Source: Candidatus Flemingiibacterium sp.
Lineage (GTDB): Bacteria; Bacillota; Clostridia; Oscillospirales; CAG-272
Assembly: GCA_045644145.1 (NCBI GenBank)
Contig: JAZRGK010000063.1
Span: 32,487-96,486 of the forward strand
Direction of reading: 5' to 3'
Length of the DNA stretch: 64,000 nt
Positions within the stretch are counted from its first letter, which is position 1; every line of letters begins with the position of its first letter. Below the pieces are notes generated by a model. The model searched no databases and had not been told where the DNA came from. It was given only the letters and a program-made list of their open reading frames with translations. Positions 36,195 through 48,217 of the stretch are shown here, in pieces. The translations under genes were made by a program, and so were the position numbers.

Positions 36195-38183
36195 ATGGAT
36201 AGATTCAAGCTTCATTCCCCATATAAGCCCACGGGCGATCAGCCTGAAGCTATAGAAAAGCTGTCGGCAGGTATTGATGCCGGCATGAAGCATCAGACGC
36301 TTTTAGGCGTTACCGGTTCGGGTAAAACCTTCACAATGGCAAATATAATAGCAAATGTCAATCGACCCACGTTGGTTCTTGCTCATAACAAGACCTTGGC
36401 GGCACAGCTTTGTTCTGAGTTCAGAGAATTTTTTCCCGAAAATGCTGTGGAGTTTTTTGTTTCCTACTACGATTACTATCAGCCCGAGGCGTATATCCCC
36501 GGAAAGGATATATATATCGAAAAAGACAGCGCTATAAACGACGAGATAGACATGCTCCGCCACAGCGCCACAAGTGCTCTGTTCGAGCGCCGCGACGTTA
36601 TTATCGTGTCCAGCGTATCCTGCATATACTCCCTCGGTGACCCCATGGAATACCAGAGCATGCTTATCGCTGTGCGCCCGGGAATGGTTATGGAGCGCGA
36701 CGAGTTTACAAAGCGGCTTATAGCCATGTCATACGACCGTAACGACGTGAACTTTGTCCGCGATAAGTTCCGCGTGCGCGGCGATGTGGTTGAGGTGCTT
36801 CCGGCATCAAGCGGCGACAAGGCGATCCGCGTGGAATTTTTCGGTGACGAGATAGAGCGCGTTTCTGAAATAAACATCGTTACAGGTGAGCTTATCCGTA
36901 CACTGTCATATGCGGCGATTTATCCTGCTACTCACTATGCGGTGTCCGATGACAAGCGTGAGAGGGCGCTTCAGGAAATAGAAGATGAGCTTTGCGAGAG
37001 GGTGGATTTCTTCCGCTCACAGAACAAGCTGCTTGAAGCTCAGAGGATTGAGGAGCGCACACGCTATGACCTTGAAATGCTTCGCGAAATAGGCTTTTGC
37101 TCCGGTGTTGAAAACTACTCCCGTGTCATGGCAGGCCGTGCGCCCGGTTCGACGCCATACACACTGCTTGATTATTTTCCAAAGGATTTTCTTCTCTTTG
37201 TGGACGAGTCCCATGTTACGCTTCCGCAGGTAAAGGGCATGAGCGGCGGCGACAGAGCGAGAAAAACAAATCTTGTGGAGTTCGGATTCCGTCTGCCGTC
37301 GGCACTTGACAACCGCCCATTATTTTTTGAGGAGTTTGAATCAAAGTTAAACCAGGTGGTGTACGTCAGCGCGACGCCGTCGGTTTACGAGAAGGAGCAC
37401 TCCGTTCAGACCGTTGAACAGATCATACGTCCCACGGGACTTCTTGATCCGGAGATCGATGTGCGTCCGGTGGAGGGACAGATCGACGACCTTATCGGCG
37501 AGATAAACGCAAGGGTTGAGCGCGGTGAGCGAGTGCTTGTGACTACGCTTACAAAGAAGATGGCAGAGGATCTTACGGAATACCTTGAAATGAATCTTAT
37601 CAAGGTGAAATATATTCATCACAAGGTGGAAACCATGGAGCGCAGTGAGATAATACGGGATCTGCGGCTTGGCGTGTTTGACGTGCTTGTGGGAATCAAT
37701 CTGCTCCGTGAGGGACTTGACATCCCCGAAGTTTCCCTTGTTGCCATACTTGATGCGGACAAGGAGGGGTTCCTTCGCTCGGAAACCTCGCTTATCCAGA
37801 CTATAGGCAGAGCCGCACGAAATGCGGAAGGCAAGGTAATAATGTACGCTGACGGTATTACTCCGTCCATGCGTGCCGCCATAGATGAAACTAACCGCCG
37901 AAGAGAATTACAGCAGGCATATAACGCTGCAAACGGTATTACTCCGCAAACTATTAAAAAGAGTGTTCGTGATCTTATAGAAATCGGCAAGAAAGAGGCG
38001 GAGGCTTCGCCTGAGAAGAAATACAAGGATGCCCTTCGGGATAAGAAGAAGCTGTCCGCTTCGGAGAAGCAGGCTCTTATTGATGAACTTACAGCGGAAA
38101 TGAAAGAAGCGGCAAAGAAGCTTGAATTTGAGCGTGCCGCATATTTACGCGACAAGATAAAAAATCTTCAGGGGATAACCTGA
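36195..38183 (+). CDS. uvrB: Excinuclease ABC subunit B
   Basis: [19 protein letters not shown]-terminal UVR motif ...[11 protein letters not shown]. Confidence 0.95.
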   Translation: MDRFKLHSPYKPTGDQPEAIEKLSAGIDAGMKHQTLLGVTGSGKTFTMANIIANVNRPTLVLAHNKTLAAQLCSEFREFFPENAVEFFVSYYDYYQPEAYIPGKDIYIEKDSAINDEIDMLRHSATSALFERRDVIIVSSVSCIYSLGDPMEYQSMLIAVRPGMVMERDEFTKRLIAMSYDRNDVNFVRDKFRVRGDVVEVLPASSGDKAIRVEFFGDEIERVSEINIVTGELIRTLSYAAIYPATHYAVSDDKRERALQEIEDELCERVDFFRSQNKLLEAQRIEERTRYDLEMLREIGFCSGVENYSRVMAGRAPGSTPYTLLDYFPKDFLLFVDESHVTLPQVKGMSGGDRARKTNLVEFGFRLPSALDNRPLFFEEFESKLNQVVYVSATPSVYEKEHSVQTVEQIIRPTGLLDPEIDVRPVEGQIDDLIGEINARVERGERVLVTTLTKKMAEDLTEYLEMNLIKVKYIHHKVETMERSEIIRDLRLGVFDVLVGINLLREGLDIPEVSLVAILDADKEGFLRSETSLIQTIGRAARNAEGKVIMYADGITPSMRAAIDETNRRRELQQAYNAANGITPQTIKKSVRDLIEIGKKEAEASPEKKYKDALRDKKKLSASEKQALIDELTAEMKEAAKKLEFERAAYLRDKIKNLQGIT

Positions 38184-38198
38184 ACAGGAGAAAAATAA

Positions 38199-41039
38199 AT
38201 GGCTGATTTAAAAATGACGGGGGTAAGGGTTCACAATCTTAAAGATATTGACCTTACGATTCCCCGTGATAAGCTTGTGGTGTTTACGGGGCTTTCCGGC
38301 TCAGGTAAATCCTCACTTGCATTTGATACAATCTACGCTGAGGGACACAGAAGGTTTGTGGAATCGCTGTCAAGCTATGCGAGAATGTTCTTAGGCCAGC
38401 TTGACAAGCCCGACCTTGATTCCATAGAGGGACTTTCGCCTGCCATATCCATAGATCAGAAAACCACCTCGAAAAACCCCCGTTCTACCGTGGGTACGGT
38501 AACGGAGATATACGATTACCTTAGACTTTTATATGCTCGTGTAGGCATACCGCACTGTCCCGTCTGCGGTAAGGAGATCCGTCAGCAGACCGTTGATCAG
38601 ATTATCGACCGAATAATGACGCTTCCCGAGGGGACACGTTTTATGGTGCTTGCACCAATGGTACGCGGTAAAAAGGGCATGCACGAGAAAATATTTGAGG
38701 ATGCTAAAAAAAGCGGATATGTGCGTGTTCGTGCGGACGGAGCACTTTATGAGCTGTCCGAGGATATAAAGCTTGACAAGAATATAAAGCACACGGTAGA
38801 GGTGGTGGTTGACCGCCTTGTGCGCCGTGAGAATATCCGTTCACGTTTGGCGGATTCGGTTGAAACCGCGCTCTCTCTTACAAATGGGAATTTGGTGATC
38901 TCTCTTGTGCTGCGCGATGGCGAGGAGTACGACGGCGAAACCGAGCTTTCATTTTCGCAGAGCTATGCCTGCGAGGAGCACGGTATATCCGTAGGTGAGC
39001 TTTCACCGAGAATGTTTTCCTTTAATAATCCCTTCGGCGCATGCGAAAAGTGTGCAGGACTTGGTGAAATGCGTACTGTTGCGGTGGACAAGGTCATCCC
39101 TAATAAATCGCTGTCACTGAGAGAAGGCGCTATCCAGGTAAACGGCTTTAAATCTCTTGACGAAGTAAGCTGGAACGGTCCGCTTTTTGAAGCGGTTGCA
39201 GAGAGATACGGCTTTACCTTGGATATGCCGCTCTGCGATTATTCTCCCAAAGCCTTAAAGGCGCTTCTTTACGGTACGGGCAGTGAGGTTTATGAGATCA
39301 CACGGTACTGGGAAGGGGTGGCTAAGGTACAGCGAGTAAAATTTGACGGCGTAATAAACATGATACAGACACGCTTTGAGCAGTCACAGCACGAGTATTA
39401 CGAGGAGTTTGTCGAGGATACGCCATGCCCCGAATGTCACGGCATGCGGCTTAACCCTATATCTCTTGCGGTTACGGTAGGCGGCATCAATATAGATGAG
39501 TTTTGCCGCAAATCCGTATCGAAAGCCCTTGAATTTGTAAATTCCTTGGAATTCACCGAAATGGAAGCAGCTATAGCAAGGGAAATAATCAAGGAGATAA
39601 AATCGCGCCTTGGATTCCTGGAAAGTGTGGGACTTGAATATCTCACGCTTTCCAGAAAGGCAGGCACACTTTCAGGCGGCGAGGCACAGCGTATACGTCT
39701 TGCCACCCAGATAGGCTCATCTCTTATGGGAGTTCTGTATATACTTGATGAGCCAAGCATCGGTCTGCATCAGCGCGATAATTCCAAGCTGATAGCTACC
39801 TTGAAGCGTCTGCGTGATGCCGGCAACAGCCTTATTGTGGTTGAGCACGACGAGGAAACCATGGAAGCTTCTGATTATATAGTTGATATCGGTCCCGGTG
39901 CCGGAATACACGGTGGCAATATTGTGGCGGCAGGTACGCCGGAGGAGATAAAGAAGAACAAAGATTCCATAACCGGTGCATTCCTGTCGGGACGTGAAAA
40001 AATCGAGATTCCTGCTATCAGGCGGTCGGGAAACGGAAAATATTTAAAGGTTATTGGCGCAGAGCAGAATAATCTTAAAAATATAGATGCCGAGTTCCCC
40101 CTTGGACTTTTCTGCTGTGTTACCGGTGTGTCGGGATCGGGGAAATCCTCGCTTGTCAACTCTATTCTTTACCAAGTGCTTGCACACGAGCTTAACGGAG
40201 CGCACACCTATCCCGGGAAGCATAAAAAGATTCTCGGTATGGAGAATCTTGATAAGATAATTGCCATAGACCAAAGTCCCATAGGGCGTACCCCACGTTC
40301 AAATCCTGCCACATATACAGGATTGTTTGCGGATATTCGCGAGCTTTTCGCAAAGACTACCGATGCTAAAATGCGCGGATACACAGCCGGACGCTTTTCC
40401 TTTAACGTAAAGGGCGGCAGATGCGAGGCATGCGAGGGCGACGGCGTTAAATGCATAGAGATGCACTTTTTGCCGGATGTATATGTAACCTGCGATGCTT
40501 GCAAGGGCAAGCGTTACAACAAGGATACCCTTGAGGTTAAATATAAGGGCAAGAATATTTCCGACGTGCTTGACATGACCGTAGAAGAAGGACTTAGCTT
40601 CTTCGCAAGTCTGCCAAGACTGGCAAGAAAGCTTCAGACGCTTTACGATGTGGGACTTGGCTATATTAAAATAGGTCAGTCATCCACTACACTTTCCGGT
40701 GGCGAGGCACAGCGTGTAAAGCTTGCTACAGAGCTTGCGAAGCGTTCAACCGGCAAGACTGTGTATATTCTTGATGAGCCGACCACAGGGCTTCATATGG
40801 CAGATGTGAAAAAGCTAATTGAGGTGCTGGAGAGGCTTGTGGATACCGGAAATACAGTTATCGTAATCGAGCATAATCTCGATATGATAAAGACAGCGGA
40901 CTATATCGTTGACCTCGGACCCGAGGGCGGTGACGGCGGCGGTGAGATCGTGGTTGTAGGCACTCCCGAAGAGGTTGCGGAGTGCGAAAAGTCCTACACC
41001 GGACAGTATCTTAAAAAAATCTTATCTAAAAACAAATAA
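38199..41039 (+). CDS. uvrA: Excinuclease ABC subunit A
   Basis: Two ABC modules ([33 protein letters not shown] twice) and zinc fingers. Confidence 0.95.
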   Translation: MADLKMTGVRVHNLKDIDLTIPRDKLVVFTGLSGSGKSSLAFDTIYAEGHRRFVESLSSYARMFLGQLDKPDLDSIEGLSPAISIDQKTTSKNPRSTVGTVTEIYDYLRLLYARVGIPHCPVCGKEIRQQTVDQIIDRIMTLPEGTRFMVLAPMVRGKKGMHEKIFEDAKKSGYVRVRADGALYELSEDIKLDKNIKHTVEVVVDRLVRRENIRSRLADSVETALSLTNGNLVISLVLRDGEEYDGETELSFSQSYACEEHGISVGELSPRMFSFNNPFGACEKCAGLGEMRTVAVDKVIPNKSLSLREGAIQVNGFKSLDEVSWNGPLFEAVAERYGFTLDMPLCDYSPKALKALLYGTGSEVYEITRYWEGVAKVQRVKFDGVINMIQTRFEQSQHEYYEEFVEDTPCPECHGMRLNPISLAVTVGGINIDEFCRKSVSKALEFVNSLEFTEMEAAIAREIIKEIKSRLGFLESVGLEYLTLSRKAGTLSGGEAQRIRLATQIGSSLMGVLYILDEPSIGLHQRDNSKLIATLKRLRDAGNSLIVVEHDEETMEASDYIVDIGPGAGIHGGNIVAAGTPEEIKKNKDSITGAFLSGREKIEIPAIRRSGNGKYLKVIGAEQNNLKNIDAEFPLGLFCCVTGVSGSGKSSLVNSILYQVLAHELNGAHTYPGKHKKILGMENLDKIIAIDQSPIGRTPRSNPATYTGLFADIRELFAKTTDAKMRGYTAGRFSFNVKGGRCEACEGDGVKCIEMHFLPDVYVTCDACKGKRYNKDTLEVKYKGKNISDVLDMTVEEGLSFFASLPRLARKLQTLYDVGLGYIKIGQSSTTLSGGEAQRVKLATELAKRSTGKTVYILDEPTTGLHMADVKKLIEVLERLVDTGNTVIVIEHNLDMIKTADYIVDLGPEGGDGGGEIVVVGTPEEVAECEKSYTGQYLKKILSKNK

Positions 41040-41044
41040 AATTT

Positions 41045-41083
41045 TCCCCTGCGGTAAAATGAATCTTGCCGCAGGGGATTTTT
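41045..41083. terminator. Rho-independent terminator shared by uvrA (+) and the convergent small ORF (-)
   Basis: TCCCCTGCGG ... CCGCAGGGGA, a 10-bp perfect stem, then TTTTT. The minus-strand ORF's stop (41082-41084) lies in the T-run. Confidence 0.85.
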
Positions 41084-41312
41084 ATGCGCACAGAGCGTCT
41101 GTCACTGCATCTTCAAGGTGGTCTGGGCACAACCCAAGCTTGGTACACAGCTTTGCAAAGGTTTCCGCTGCATCATGCTCACAGAATATATCATTTATTG
41201 CAAGAGTAGGTACAAAGGCGTCATTTGTGTAAGCGGCGATGCCATATGTGTTGTGAACGTTGCCAAGCTCGTCAATAAATGTGCTGGGGAATGTTTTATA
41301 GCTGTAATTCAT
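41082..41312 (-). CDS. Small hypothetical acidic protein (76 aa)
   Basis: ORF preceded by an AAGAGGAA RBS. I chose the start at the ATG that gives MNYSYKTF (41312). I recognise no motif. Confidence 0.55.
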   Translation of the reverse strand: MNYSYKTFPSTFIDELGNVHNTYGIAAYTNDAFVPTLAINDIFCEHDAAETFAKLCTKLGLCPDHLEDAVTDALCA

Positions 41313-41460
41313 TGTCATTTCCTCTTTCAAAATAATAGGAGTTTTACCATTATTTATATAATACTACAAAATAATGTAAAAGTCAACAGATAATAAAAAA
41401 ACAACATTGGATTTCGCAGGCAGGATTCGACATTTGTTATAGTAGGTGAATTAAATATAG

Positions 41461-41490
41461 AAAAAGCATACCCGCCGTGACAGGTATGCT
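41461..41490 (-). terminator. Rho-independent terminator after the SleB-like gene
   Basis: Minus strand reads AGCATACC ... GGTATGCT followed by TTTTT. Confidence 0.7.
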
Positions 41491-41496
41491 GAAGTA

Positions 41497-42312
41497 TTAT
41501 GCGTAAAAATCATGACATCCCACTGTTGTAAGATATGTGCGGTTGGCAGGGATCCAGAAGTTTGTGGCAAGCACCGGATTCAGAAAATATAGGGCGGAAC
41601 GCGAAATATAATATGAATCAAGGCAAAGCTTTGCGGCTATGATGCTTTCCTCGGATGGCTCATTGTAAACCATGCCGTTTATTGTAGGTGTAAACTGCAC
41701 CCCGTGCTCCTTATCGAAAATAACGCCATATATGGTGTTTGGAAACTCATCGCTTTCCACACGGTTTAATATTACATTGCCCACAAGAATTTTTCCCTCA
41801 AGGGGTTCGGCACCTGCTTCTGCGTGAATTATGCGCGACAGCCAATATATTTCATCCGAAGCGTAATACTGCTCGCCGCTTACGGCGAAATCGTTCTTCT
41901 TTCCGAAGAGATCCACACTTCGCGTTGCATCATGCCATTTTACATCTGCATTGTAGGCTTTAGCAAGCGAACGTATCGGCACATATAGCATACCGCTTAT
42001 TACAATACTGCGGCTTCCTCCGAAATAACGTCCTTCTGCCTCTAAGTAACATTCGCCGCTTGTTGCTTTTATGGAAGCAAAGGGCGTTGCGGCGCGCATT
42101 TCATCGGCAGAGCCGCTTATTTGAGCCGTGCCGTATGAGAGCGCTTCGTTGGCAGCATCAAATGGAACGTATGTAGTCGAACCTATAAGCAGTGCGCCGA
42201 TTTCGGTATCATCGCCGTTAAGGCGGATATTAACTGCTTCGTATGCGGTTGTTGTAACCGTGAGCAGCACAGCCGCAAGAAAAGATGTTAGTACAATTTT
42301 CAGTTTTTTCAT
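41497..42312 (-). CDS. Cell-wall hydrolase (SleB/CwlJ-type Hydrolase_2 domain) with an N-terminal stalk domain
   Basis: LSRIIHAEAGAEPLEGKILVGNVILNRV...FPNTIYGVIF...QFTP. Signal peptide MKKLKIVLTSFLAAVLLTVTTTAYE. The ATG at 42312 follows AGGAGG. Confidence 0.85.
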   Translation of the reverse strand: MKKLKIVLTSFLAAVLLTVTTTAYEAVNIRLNGDDTEIGALLIGSTTYVPFDAANEALSYGTAQISGSADEMRAATPFASIKATSGECYLEAEGRYFGGSRSIVISGMLYVPIRSLAKAYNADVKWHDATRSVDLFGKKNDFAVSGEQYYASDEIYWLSRIIHAEAGAEPLEGKILVGNVILNRVESDEFPNTIYGVIFDKEHGVQFTPTINGMVYNEPSEESIIAAKLCLDSYYISRSALYFLNPVLATNFWIPANRTYLTTVGCHDFYA

Positions 42313-42440
42313 TTTAAGCCTCCTTTTTGACATATAAAAAACGCATACGGCACTGATTGCCGTATGCGTATATTTTATCATAAATGAGGGAGATTTTCAA
42401 CGCACAATATATGGGTTGGAAATTCTTCCGCTTTATGGAA

Positions 42441-43880
42441 TCAATATGCCTTGCCCCAATATACCATATGCTTAGCAGGCTTGCCGCAGCATACGCATGT
42501 ATCGGATATATGCGCCTGCTCAAGAGGAATACATCTTGAGCCAACACCGGTGGCTTCCTTAACCTTATCCTCACACTCGGGATCGCCGCACCACATTGCG
42601 CGTACAAAGCCGTCGCCGTTTTCAGCAAGCTTTGCGTTAATCTCGTCTATGGTCTTGCATTCGTAAGTACGTTTTTCGCGGTTTGCAAGAGCCTTTCGAT
42701 ACATACCGTCGCGAACTGCTTGGAGCTTTTCTGCAACAGCCGCCTCGAGATTGTCAAGGCTTACAACAGTCTTTTCGCGGTCGTGACGTGTAACGATTAC
42801 GCACTGATTTGCTTCGATATCTCTGGGGCCGATCTCGATTCTTACCGGAACACCCTTCATTTCATACTCAGAATACTTCCATCCGGGAGAGTTGTCGGAA
42901 TCGTCAAGCTTAACGCGGAAATCGCCCTTAAGACGGTCGTAAAGACCGGTAGCGGCTTCAACAACGCCCTCCTTATGAGCTGCAACGGGGATAATAACCA
43001 CCTGAATAGGAGCAACTGCAGGGGGAAGAACAAGACCGTTGTCATCGCCGTGAGTCATGATGATTCCGCCAATCATACGTGTGGTAACACCCCATGATGT
43101 CTGGAAAGGATGTACGACTTTGTTTTCTTTATCTGTGTATGTGATACCGAACGCTTTGGCAAATCCGTCACCGAAGTAGTGGGAAGTACCTGCCTGGAGC
43201 GCCTTACCGTCATGCATAAGTGCTTCGATGGCATAGGTATCCTCTGCACCTGCGAATTTATCAGAAGGAGTCTTAGCGCCCTTGATAACCGGGATAGCAA
43301 GGTCTGTTTCGTGGAAGTCTGCATAAACGTTCAGCATCTGAACGGTTTCAGCAATCGCTTCCTCTGCGGTTGCGTGCATGGTGTGACCTTCCTGCCAGAG
43401 GAACTCACGGGAACGAAGGAAGGGACGGGTGGTCTTTTCCCATCTTACAACGGAGCACCACTGATTGTAGAGCTTGGGAAGATCGCGGTAAGAATGGATA
43501 ATGTTTGCGTAATGCTCGCAGAACAGGGTTTCGGAAGTGGGACGTACGCACATACGCTCGGTCAGTCTTTCGCTGCCTCCGTGTGTAACCCATGCGACCT
43601 CGGGAGCAAAGCCTGCAACATGATCCTTTTCCTTCTGAAGAAGCGACTCGGGAATGAACATCGGCATATAGATATTTTCGTGTCCAAGTGCCTTGAAGCG
43701 TGCATCAAGATTTTTCTGGATAAGCTCCCAAATAGCGTAGCCGTAGGGGCGGATAATCATGCATCCTTTTACGCTGGAGTAGTCAATAAGATCGGCTTTT
43801 TTACAAATATCGGTGTACCATTGAGCGAAATCCACATCCATTGAGGTTATCGCTTCAACGAGTTTCTTGTCGTTTGCCAT
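42441..43880 (-). CDS. proS: Proline--tRNA ligase (archaeal/eukaryote-like type with a C-terminal zinc domain)
   Basis: Class II core ([14 protein letters not shown]), an anticodon-binding region, and a C-terminal Cys cluster ending in YWGKAY. Confidence 0.92.
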   Translation of the reverse strand: MANDKKLVEAITSMDVDFAQWYTDICKKADLIDYSSVKGCMIIRPYGYAIWELIQKNLDARFKALGHENIYMPMFIPESLLQKEKDHVAGFAPEVAWVTHGGSERLTERMCVRPTSETLFCEHYANIIHSYRDLPKLYNQWCSVVRWEKTTRPFLRSREFLWQEGHTMHATAEEAIAETVQMLNVYADFHETDLAIPVIKGAKTPSDKFAGAEDTYAIEALMHDGKALQAGTSHYFGDGFAKAFGITYTDKENKVVHPFQTSWGVTTRMIGGIIMTHGDDNGLVLPPAVAPIQVVIIPVAAHKEGVVEAATGLYDRLKGDFRVKLDDSDNSPGWKYSEYEMKGVPVRIEIGPRDIEANQCVIVTRHDREKTVVSLDNLEAAVAEKLQAVRDGMYRKALANREKRTYECKTIDEINAKLAENGDGFVRAMWCGDPECEDKVKEATGVGSRCIPLEQAHISDTCVCCGKPAKHMVYWGKAY

Positions 43881-43921
43881 TTTTATGATATCCTTTCGCG
43901 AAATTTTTATCGAATAATACT

Positions 43922-43950
43922 ATTATACCTTGTATTTTACCGTATGTCAA
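43922..43950 (-). promoter_or_regulatory. Consensus sigma-A promoter of proS
   Basis: Minus strand reads TTGACA (43950-43945), 17 nt, then TATAAT (43927-43922). The leader is only about 35-40 nt. Confidence 0.65.
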
Positions 43951-43990
43951 TAGTTACCCGAAATTTTGGCGAGGTGTAAAAATAATGGGC

Positions 43991-44920
43991 TTATTTTGTC
44001 ATATCGGTGAGCACTTTGCCGTCGGATCTTATTATAACCGTACCGTCAAGATCAGTTCGCAGTACAGTGGTGCAGCCTGCTTTCTCAAGACGGCTGATCA
44101 CCTCTCCGCGAGGATGCCCGTATTCATTATTTTTTTCGGAAGACGATGCGGCAATATACGGAGATACTGCGGCAAGAAATTCTGCCGAAGATGCGGTGTT
44201 TGCGCCGTGATGAGCCATGCTGTAGAAATCGCAGTCGAGCACGTCCGCGCCGTAATGTTCAAGCAGGTCTTTTTCGGCTTTACTGCCTGCATCACCGGTA
44301 AAGAGGAACGAAGTTTCACCGAATGCGAGCTTGATGACAAGACTCATATCGTTTTCATCCTTGTATTCGTTAAGCGGACCAAGTACGGTAAACTCCATAT
44401 CTCCGACGGTGAAGCTTTCACCTGCATAAGGTATTTTCGCGTTGACTCCACTGCGTTCGATCTCCTCAAGCAGGAGCTTGAAGCAAATGTCTTCCGACAT
44501 TACATCCGTCATAAGTAGGTTTTCCACACCGTAGTTTCTGAGCAGTAAATCAGCTCCGCCGATGTGGTCGCTGTGCGGATGGGTGCAGATGAGATAGTCG
44601 AAATCTTCAATCCTGCATGCACTTAAATATGCTGAAAGCATGCTCTCCGATTCGTTGGAACCGGCATCTATAATGACGGTAGCATCATCTGTGCGTATAA
44701 GTATGCACTCCGCTTGTCCCACATCTATAATGTGAACCTCAAGCTCACCGTTCTTCACGGCATCGTATCTGTCAATAGTACCGGAAAATCTTGTGCCTGT
44801 AAAGCTTTCGAGCATCCGGATGATCGGGTTATCGGGGAATATCAGTGTGAGCACCGCCGCCGTGACAATCAGTACGGTAGTCAGTACACAGAGCTTTTTC
44901 TTTGCAGAGGGCTTTAACAT
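43991..44920 (-). CDS. Membrane-anchored MBL-fold hydrolase (ComEC C-terminal-domain-like)
   Basis: ICTHPHSDHIGGA, TGDAG, MAHHG motifs. N-terminal TM helix. Confidence 0.8.
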   Translation of the reverse strand: MLKPSAKKKLCVLTTVLIVTAAVLTLIFPDNPIIRMLESFTGTRFSGTIDRYDAVKNGELEVHIIDVGQAECILIRTDDATVIIDAGSNESESMLSAYLSACRIEDFDYLICTHPHSDHIGGADLLLRNYGVENLLMTDVMSEDICFKLLLEEIERSGVNAKIPYAGESFTVGDMEFTVLGPLNEYKDENDMSLVIKLAFGETSFLFTGDAGSKAEKDLLEHYGADVLDCDFYSMAHHGANTASSAEFLAAVSPYIAASSSEKNNEYGHPRGEVISRLEKAGCTTVLRTDLDGTVIIRSDGKVLTDMTK

Positions 44921-44922
44921 TG

Positions 44923-47073
44923 TTAAAATTTCATGGTAAGCGCGATACGGTTTTTCTTAAGGTCAACGGATTTTATCTTGACTTCCACAACATCGCCTAC
45001 GGAAAGCACCTCGCCCGGGTGCTTTATGAATCTGTCACATATTTCAGAAATATGCACAAGACCGTCGTGGTGTACTCCGATATCAACAAATGCTCCGAAG
45101 TCGATAACATTTCTTACAGTGCCGGTCACTATCATGTCGGGCTTTAAGTCTGCGATGTCGAGAATATCGTCGCGAAGTATAGTCTGGGGCAAGCTATCGC
45201 GAACATCACGCCCCGGCTTTTCAAGCTCGGTTATAATATCTGCAAGAGTTGGTTCGCCGATTTCAAGCTCAGCGCATATTTGCTTGAAGCCATGCTTTGC
45301 AACCTTATCCCGAAGCCCTGCAAGACGGTTGTTTCGTACATCTTCGGGGGAATATTCGAATTTTTTAAGAAGACTTCTTGCGGCGGCATAGCTCTCGGGG
45401 TGTACGCCGGTGCAGTCGAGTATCTCAGATGAGCCGGATACGCGTAAGAAGCCTGCGCATTGCTCAAATGCTTTATCGCCGATGCGCGGAACTTTTTTTA
45501 TCTCGGCGCGGGATTTGAACTCGCCGTTTTCCTCGCGGTATTTTACTATGTTTTTAGCTGAGGTGGTGTTTATACCTGCAACATATGAGAGAAGGGAATG
45601 GGATGCGGTGTTTATATCAACCCCCACTGTGTTTACGCAGTCCTCAACGACGCCGCCAAGTGCCTCATCAAGGCGTGCAGGCTTCATGTCGTGCTGATAT
45701 TGACCGACACCGATGGATTTCGGGTCGATCTTAACAAGCTCAGCCAGAGGGTCTTGCAGACGGCGTGCTATGGAAATTGCGCTTCTCTGCATTACGTCGT
45801 AATCCGGGAATTCCTCTGCCGCAAGCTTGGATGCGGAGTATACGGATGCACCGGCTTCGCTGATAACAGCATATTTTACGTCCTCGTCGATTTCCTTTAA
45901 TAAGTCTGCTATAAATATTTCGCTTTCCTTGGAAGCTGTGCCGTTTCCAATAGCGATTACGCCCACATTGTGAGCGGATATAAGCCGCTTTACGATTCTC
46001 TTTGATTCTTCAGTACGCTCCTGCGGCTTCATAGGATAGATTACGGCAGTGTCAAGCACCTTTCCGGTTTTGTCCACTACCGCAAGCTTACAGCCGTTTC
46101 GGTAACCGGGATCATATCCCATAGCAGTCTTGCCTTTAAGGGGCGCCTGCATGAGAAGATTCTTTAAATTAACCTCGAAAACTTTGATTGCCGCTTCGCA
46201 GGCATCATCGAATATTGATGAGCGGATCTCGCGCTCAATGGATGGTGCTATCAGACGGTCATAGCTGTCGATAATTGCGCGCTCCACATATGCTTTTGCA
46301 GGACTTTTGCCTTTCTTTATGAGTCTTGCGAAAAGGTTGTTTACCGCTACGTCATCGGGCATGGTGACTGTAACCTTAAGAAATTCTTCTTTTTCACCGC
46401 GATTTATTGCGAGTATGCGATGACCGGGGAGCTTTTTTAGACGCTCATGGAAGTCATAATAAAGAGCATATACCGAATCCTCATCCTTTGCGGCAACGCT
46501 CTTAAGTTCGCCGAGGTCGAATGTGAGCGCGCGGATATATTTTCGCAGGTCGGCATTGTCAGAGATATTCTCGGCGATAATATCGCAGGCACCGTTAAAT
46601 GCATCCTCCGCAGTTTCCACGCCAAGCTCGGGATTTACAAGGGAAGCCGCCATCTCTTCAAGGGAAGGAGTGTAGCTTGCCTCTTGGGCAAATATAGCCT
46701 CGGCAAGAGGCTCAAGCCCACGTTCTCTCGCAACGGAAGCGCGTGTTTTACGCTTGGGACGGAACGGGCGGTATATATCTTCAACCTCGGTGAGGATCTT
46801 TGCAAGCTCCAGTGCTTTTTCGATTTCAGGTGTCATTTTGCCCTGCTCGGTTATAAGCGCATGGACCTCTGCCTTGCGCGCTTCAAGTGAGCGCAAATAT
46901 GTAAGACGCTCAAAAAGGTCGCGTAACATAGCATCGTCAAGCGAGCCGGTAACCTCCTTGCGGTAACGTGCAATAAAGGGGATGGTGTTTCCGTCATCGA
47001 AAAGCGCGACGGTTTTCTCTACCTGTTCTTTAGTAAGCGAAAGCTCTGAGGCGAGTTTGGAAATGATGTCCAT
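44923..47073 (-). CDS. tex: Tex-like transcription accessory protein (YqgF-like and S1 RNA-binding domains)
   Basis: IPFIARYRKEVTG and C-terminal S1 motif GTVRNVIDFGAFVDIG. The ATG at 47073 follows AAGGAG. The ORF-track start at 47172 overlaps the upstream gene. Confidence 0.9.
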   Translation of the reverse strand: MDIISKLASELSLTKEQVEKTVALFDDGNTIPFIARYRKEVTGSLDDAMLRDLFERLTYLRSLEARKAEVHALITEQGKMTPEIEKALELAKILTEVEDIYRPFRPKRKTRASVARERGLEPLAEAIFAQEASYTPSLEEMAASLVNPELGVETAEDAFNGACDIIAENISDNADLRKYIRALTFDLGELKSVAAKDEDSVYALYYDFHERLKKLPGHRILAINRGEKEEFLKVTVTMPDDVAVNNLFARLIKKGKSPAKAYVERAIIDSYDRLIAPSIEREIRSSIFDDACEAAIKVFEVNLKNLLMQAPLKGKTAMGYDPGYRNGCKLAVVDKTGKVLDTAVIYPMKPQERTEESKRIVKRLISAHNVGVIAIGNGTASKESEIFIADLLKEIDEDVKYAVISEAGASVYSASKLAAEEFPDYDVMQRSAISIARRLQDPLAELVKIDPKSIGVGQYQHDMKPARLDEALGGVVEDCVNTVGVDINTASHSLLSYVAGINTTSAKNIVKYREENGEFKSRAEIKKVPRIGDKAFEQCAGFLRVSGSSEILDCTGVHPESYAAARSLLKKFEYSPEDVRNNRLAGLRDKVAKHGFKQICAELEIGEPTLADIITELEKPGRDVRDSLPQTILRDDILDIADLKPDMIVTGTVRNVIDFGAFVDIGVHHDGLVHISEICDRFIKHPGEVLSVGDVVEVKIKSVDLKKNRIALTMKF

Positions 47074-47117
47074 AGGTTTGCTCCTTATTACTGCTTGTTT
47101 TGTTAAATGTAAAGGGA

Positions 47118-47825
47118 TTACTGCATAAATGAACGGAGATGGGCTTCTTCCTCGCTTGTAAGCTCGCGCCATTCACCGCGCTCAAGGGAAGTGTCAAGGG
47201 GGATTCCGGCGAATTCCACACGTTCGAGATATGTAACCTTGTTGCATACGGCTTCAAGCATACGTTTCACCTGATGGAATTTTCCCTCGGTAATAGTAAG
47301 GTAACCTGAGATGTCGCCGTCGCAAAGCGTAAGCTTTGCTGGTTTTGTAAGTTCGCCGTCGATGGTTACACCGGATTCGAGCCGCAGCTTATCATCTTCG
47401 GTTATACGCCTTTCTGCGTGAAAGTAATAAACCTTAGACACATGATACTTTGGGGAGAGAAGTCTGTGACACAGCTCACCGTCATTGGTAAGAATGAGCA
47501 GCCCAAGCGTATTTTTATCAAGCCGTCCGCAGGGGAACAGCCCCAGTTTTCTCGTGCGATCGTCCAAAAGCTCAAGAACCGTATGCTCTTTTTTGTCATC
47601 CGTGGCACTTATATAGCCCTCGGGCTTGTTGAGCATAATGTAGGTGAAGCGTCTGTAGACCACTGCCTGTCCCATATAGGTGACAGCATTTTTCTCGGGA
47701 TCAACATGAATATCGGCGGATTTTACGGTGACACCGTCTACTGTGATCTTACCGTATTTAGCGGCTTTTTTACATTCTGTGCGGCTGCAAAGCCCTACCT
47801 CGGACAGAAGCTTATCAATTCTCAT
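47118..47825 (-). CDS. RsuA-family pseudouridine synthase with an S4 domain
   Basis: MRIDKLLSEVGLCSR (S4 domain) and GRLDKNTLGLLILTNDGEL (catalytic Asp). The start forms an ATGA overlap with the upstream ORF's stop. Confidence 0.88.
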   Translation of the reverse strand: MRIDKLLSEVGLCSRTECKKAAKYGKITVDGVTVKSADIHVDPEKNAVTYMGQAVVYRRFTYIMLNKPEGYISATDDKKEHTVLELLDDRTRKLGLFPCGRLDKNTLGLLILTNDGELCHRLLSPKYHVSKVYYFHAERRITEDDKLRLESGVTIDGELTKPAKLTLCDGDISGYLTITEGKFHQVKRMLEAVCNKVTYLERVEFAGIPLDTSLERGEWRELTSEEEAHLRSFMQ

Positions 47826-48217
47826 ATCAACATACCTATAAGCACACTGCAAATTATTATAGCCGCAATTCCGAATATGACAAGCCCAACAAAAAATCCA
47901 AGGAAAAAATCGTGAAGCTTAGAACGATCAGTTTTACACTTGCTTTTTTTCTTTTGCAAGATTGGGGACTGCTTCCCGTGTACCGCCGATTTTGGCTTTG
48001 CGGAAGCGGCAGCCACGCGAGCGCGCGCCATTTGAGGATTAAGTGGCTTTATATGTTCCACTGTGGGACGTGGCTTGACATTATTTGTTGGTCGGCGGTA
48101 AGGATTTGCCGGTGGCGTGATTTTTGCGACAGGCATACGGTTATAGGCAGTATGCACGGTATTTTTCGGATACTGCGGAACTGCGCCGTGCCTTATATTA
48201 TTAGACATATCAGCCAT
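47822..48217 (-). CDS. Hypothetical tail-anchored protein: Pro/Lys/Arg-rich low-complexity region plus one C-terminal TM helix
   Basis: AAGGGGG RBS 9 nt upstream of the ATG. C-terminal helix FFLGFFVGLVIFGIAAIIICSVLIGMLI. Translationally coupled to the pseudouridine synthase. Confidence 0.65.
   Translation of the reverse strand: MADMSNNIRHGAVPQYPKNTVHTAYNRMPVAKITPPANPYRRPTNNVKPRPTVEHIKPLNPQMARARVAAASAKPKSAVHGKQSPILQKKKSKCKTDRSKLHDFFLGFFVGLVIFGIAAIIICSVLIGMLI

Noticed and set aside
43881-43990. T-box leader upstream of proS
   Set aside because: The spacer is only 110 nt, and a consensus promoter in it leaves a leader of about 35-40 nt. That is too short for a T-box, and no T-box sequence is seen.
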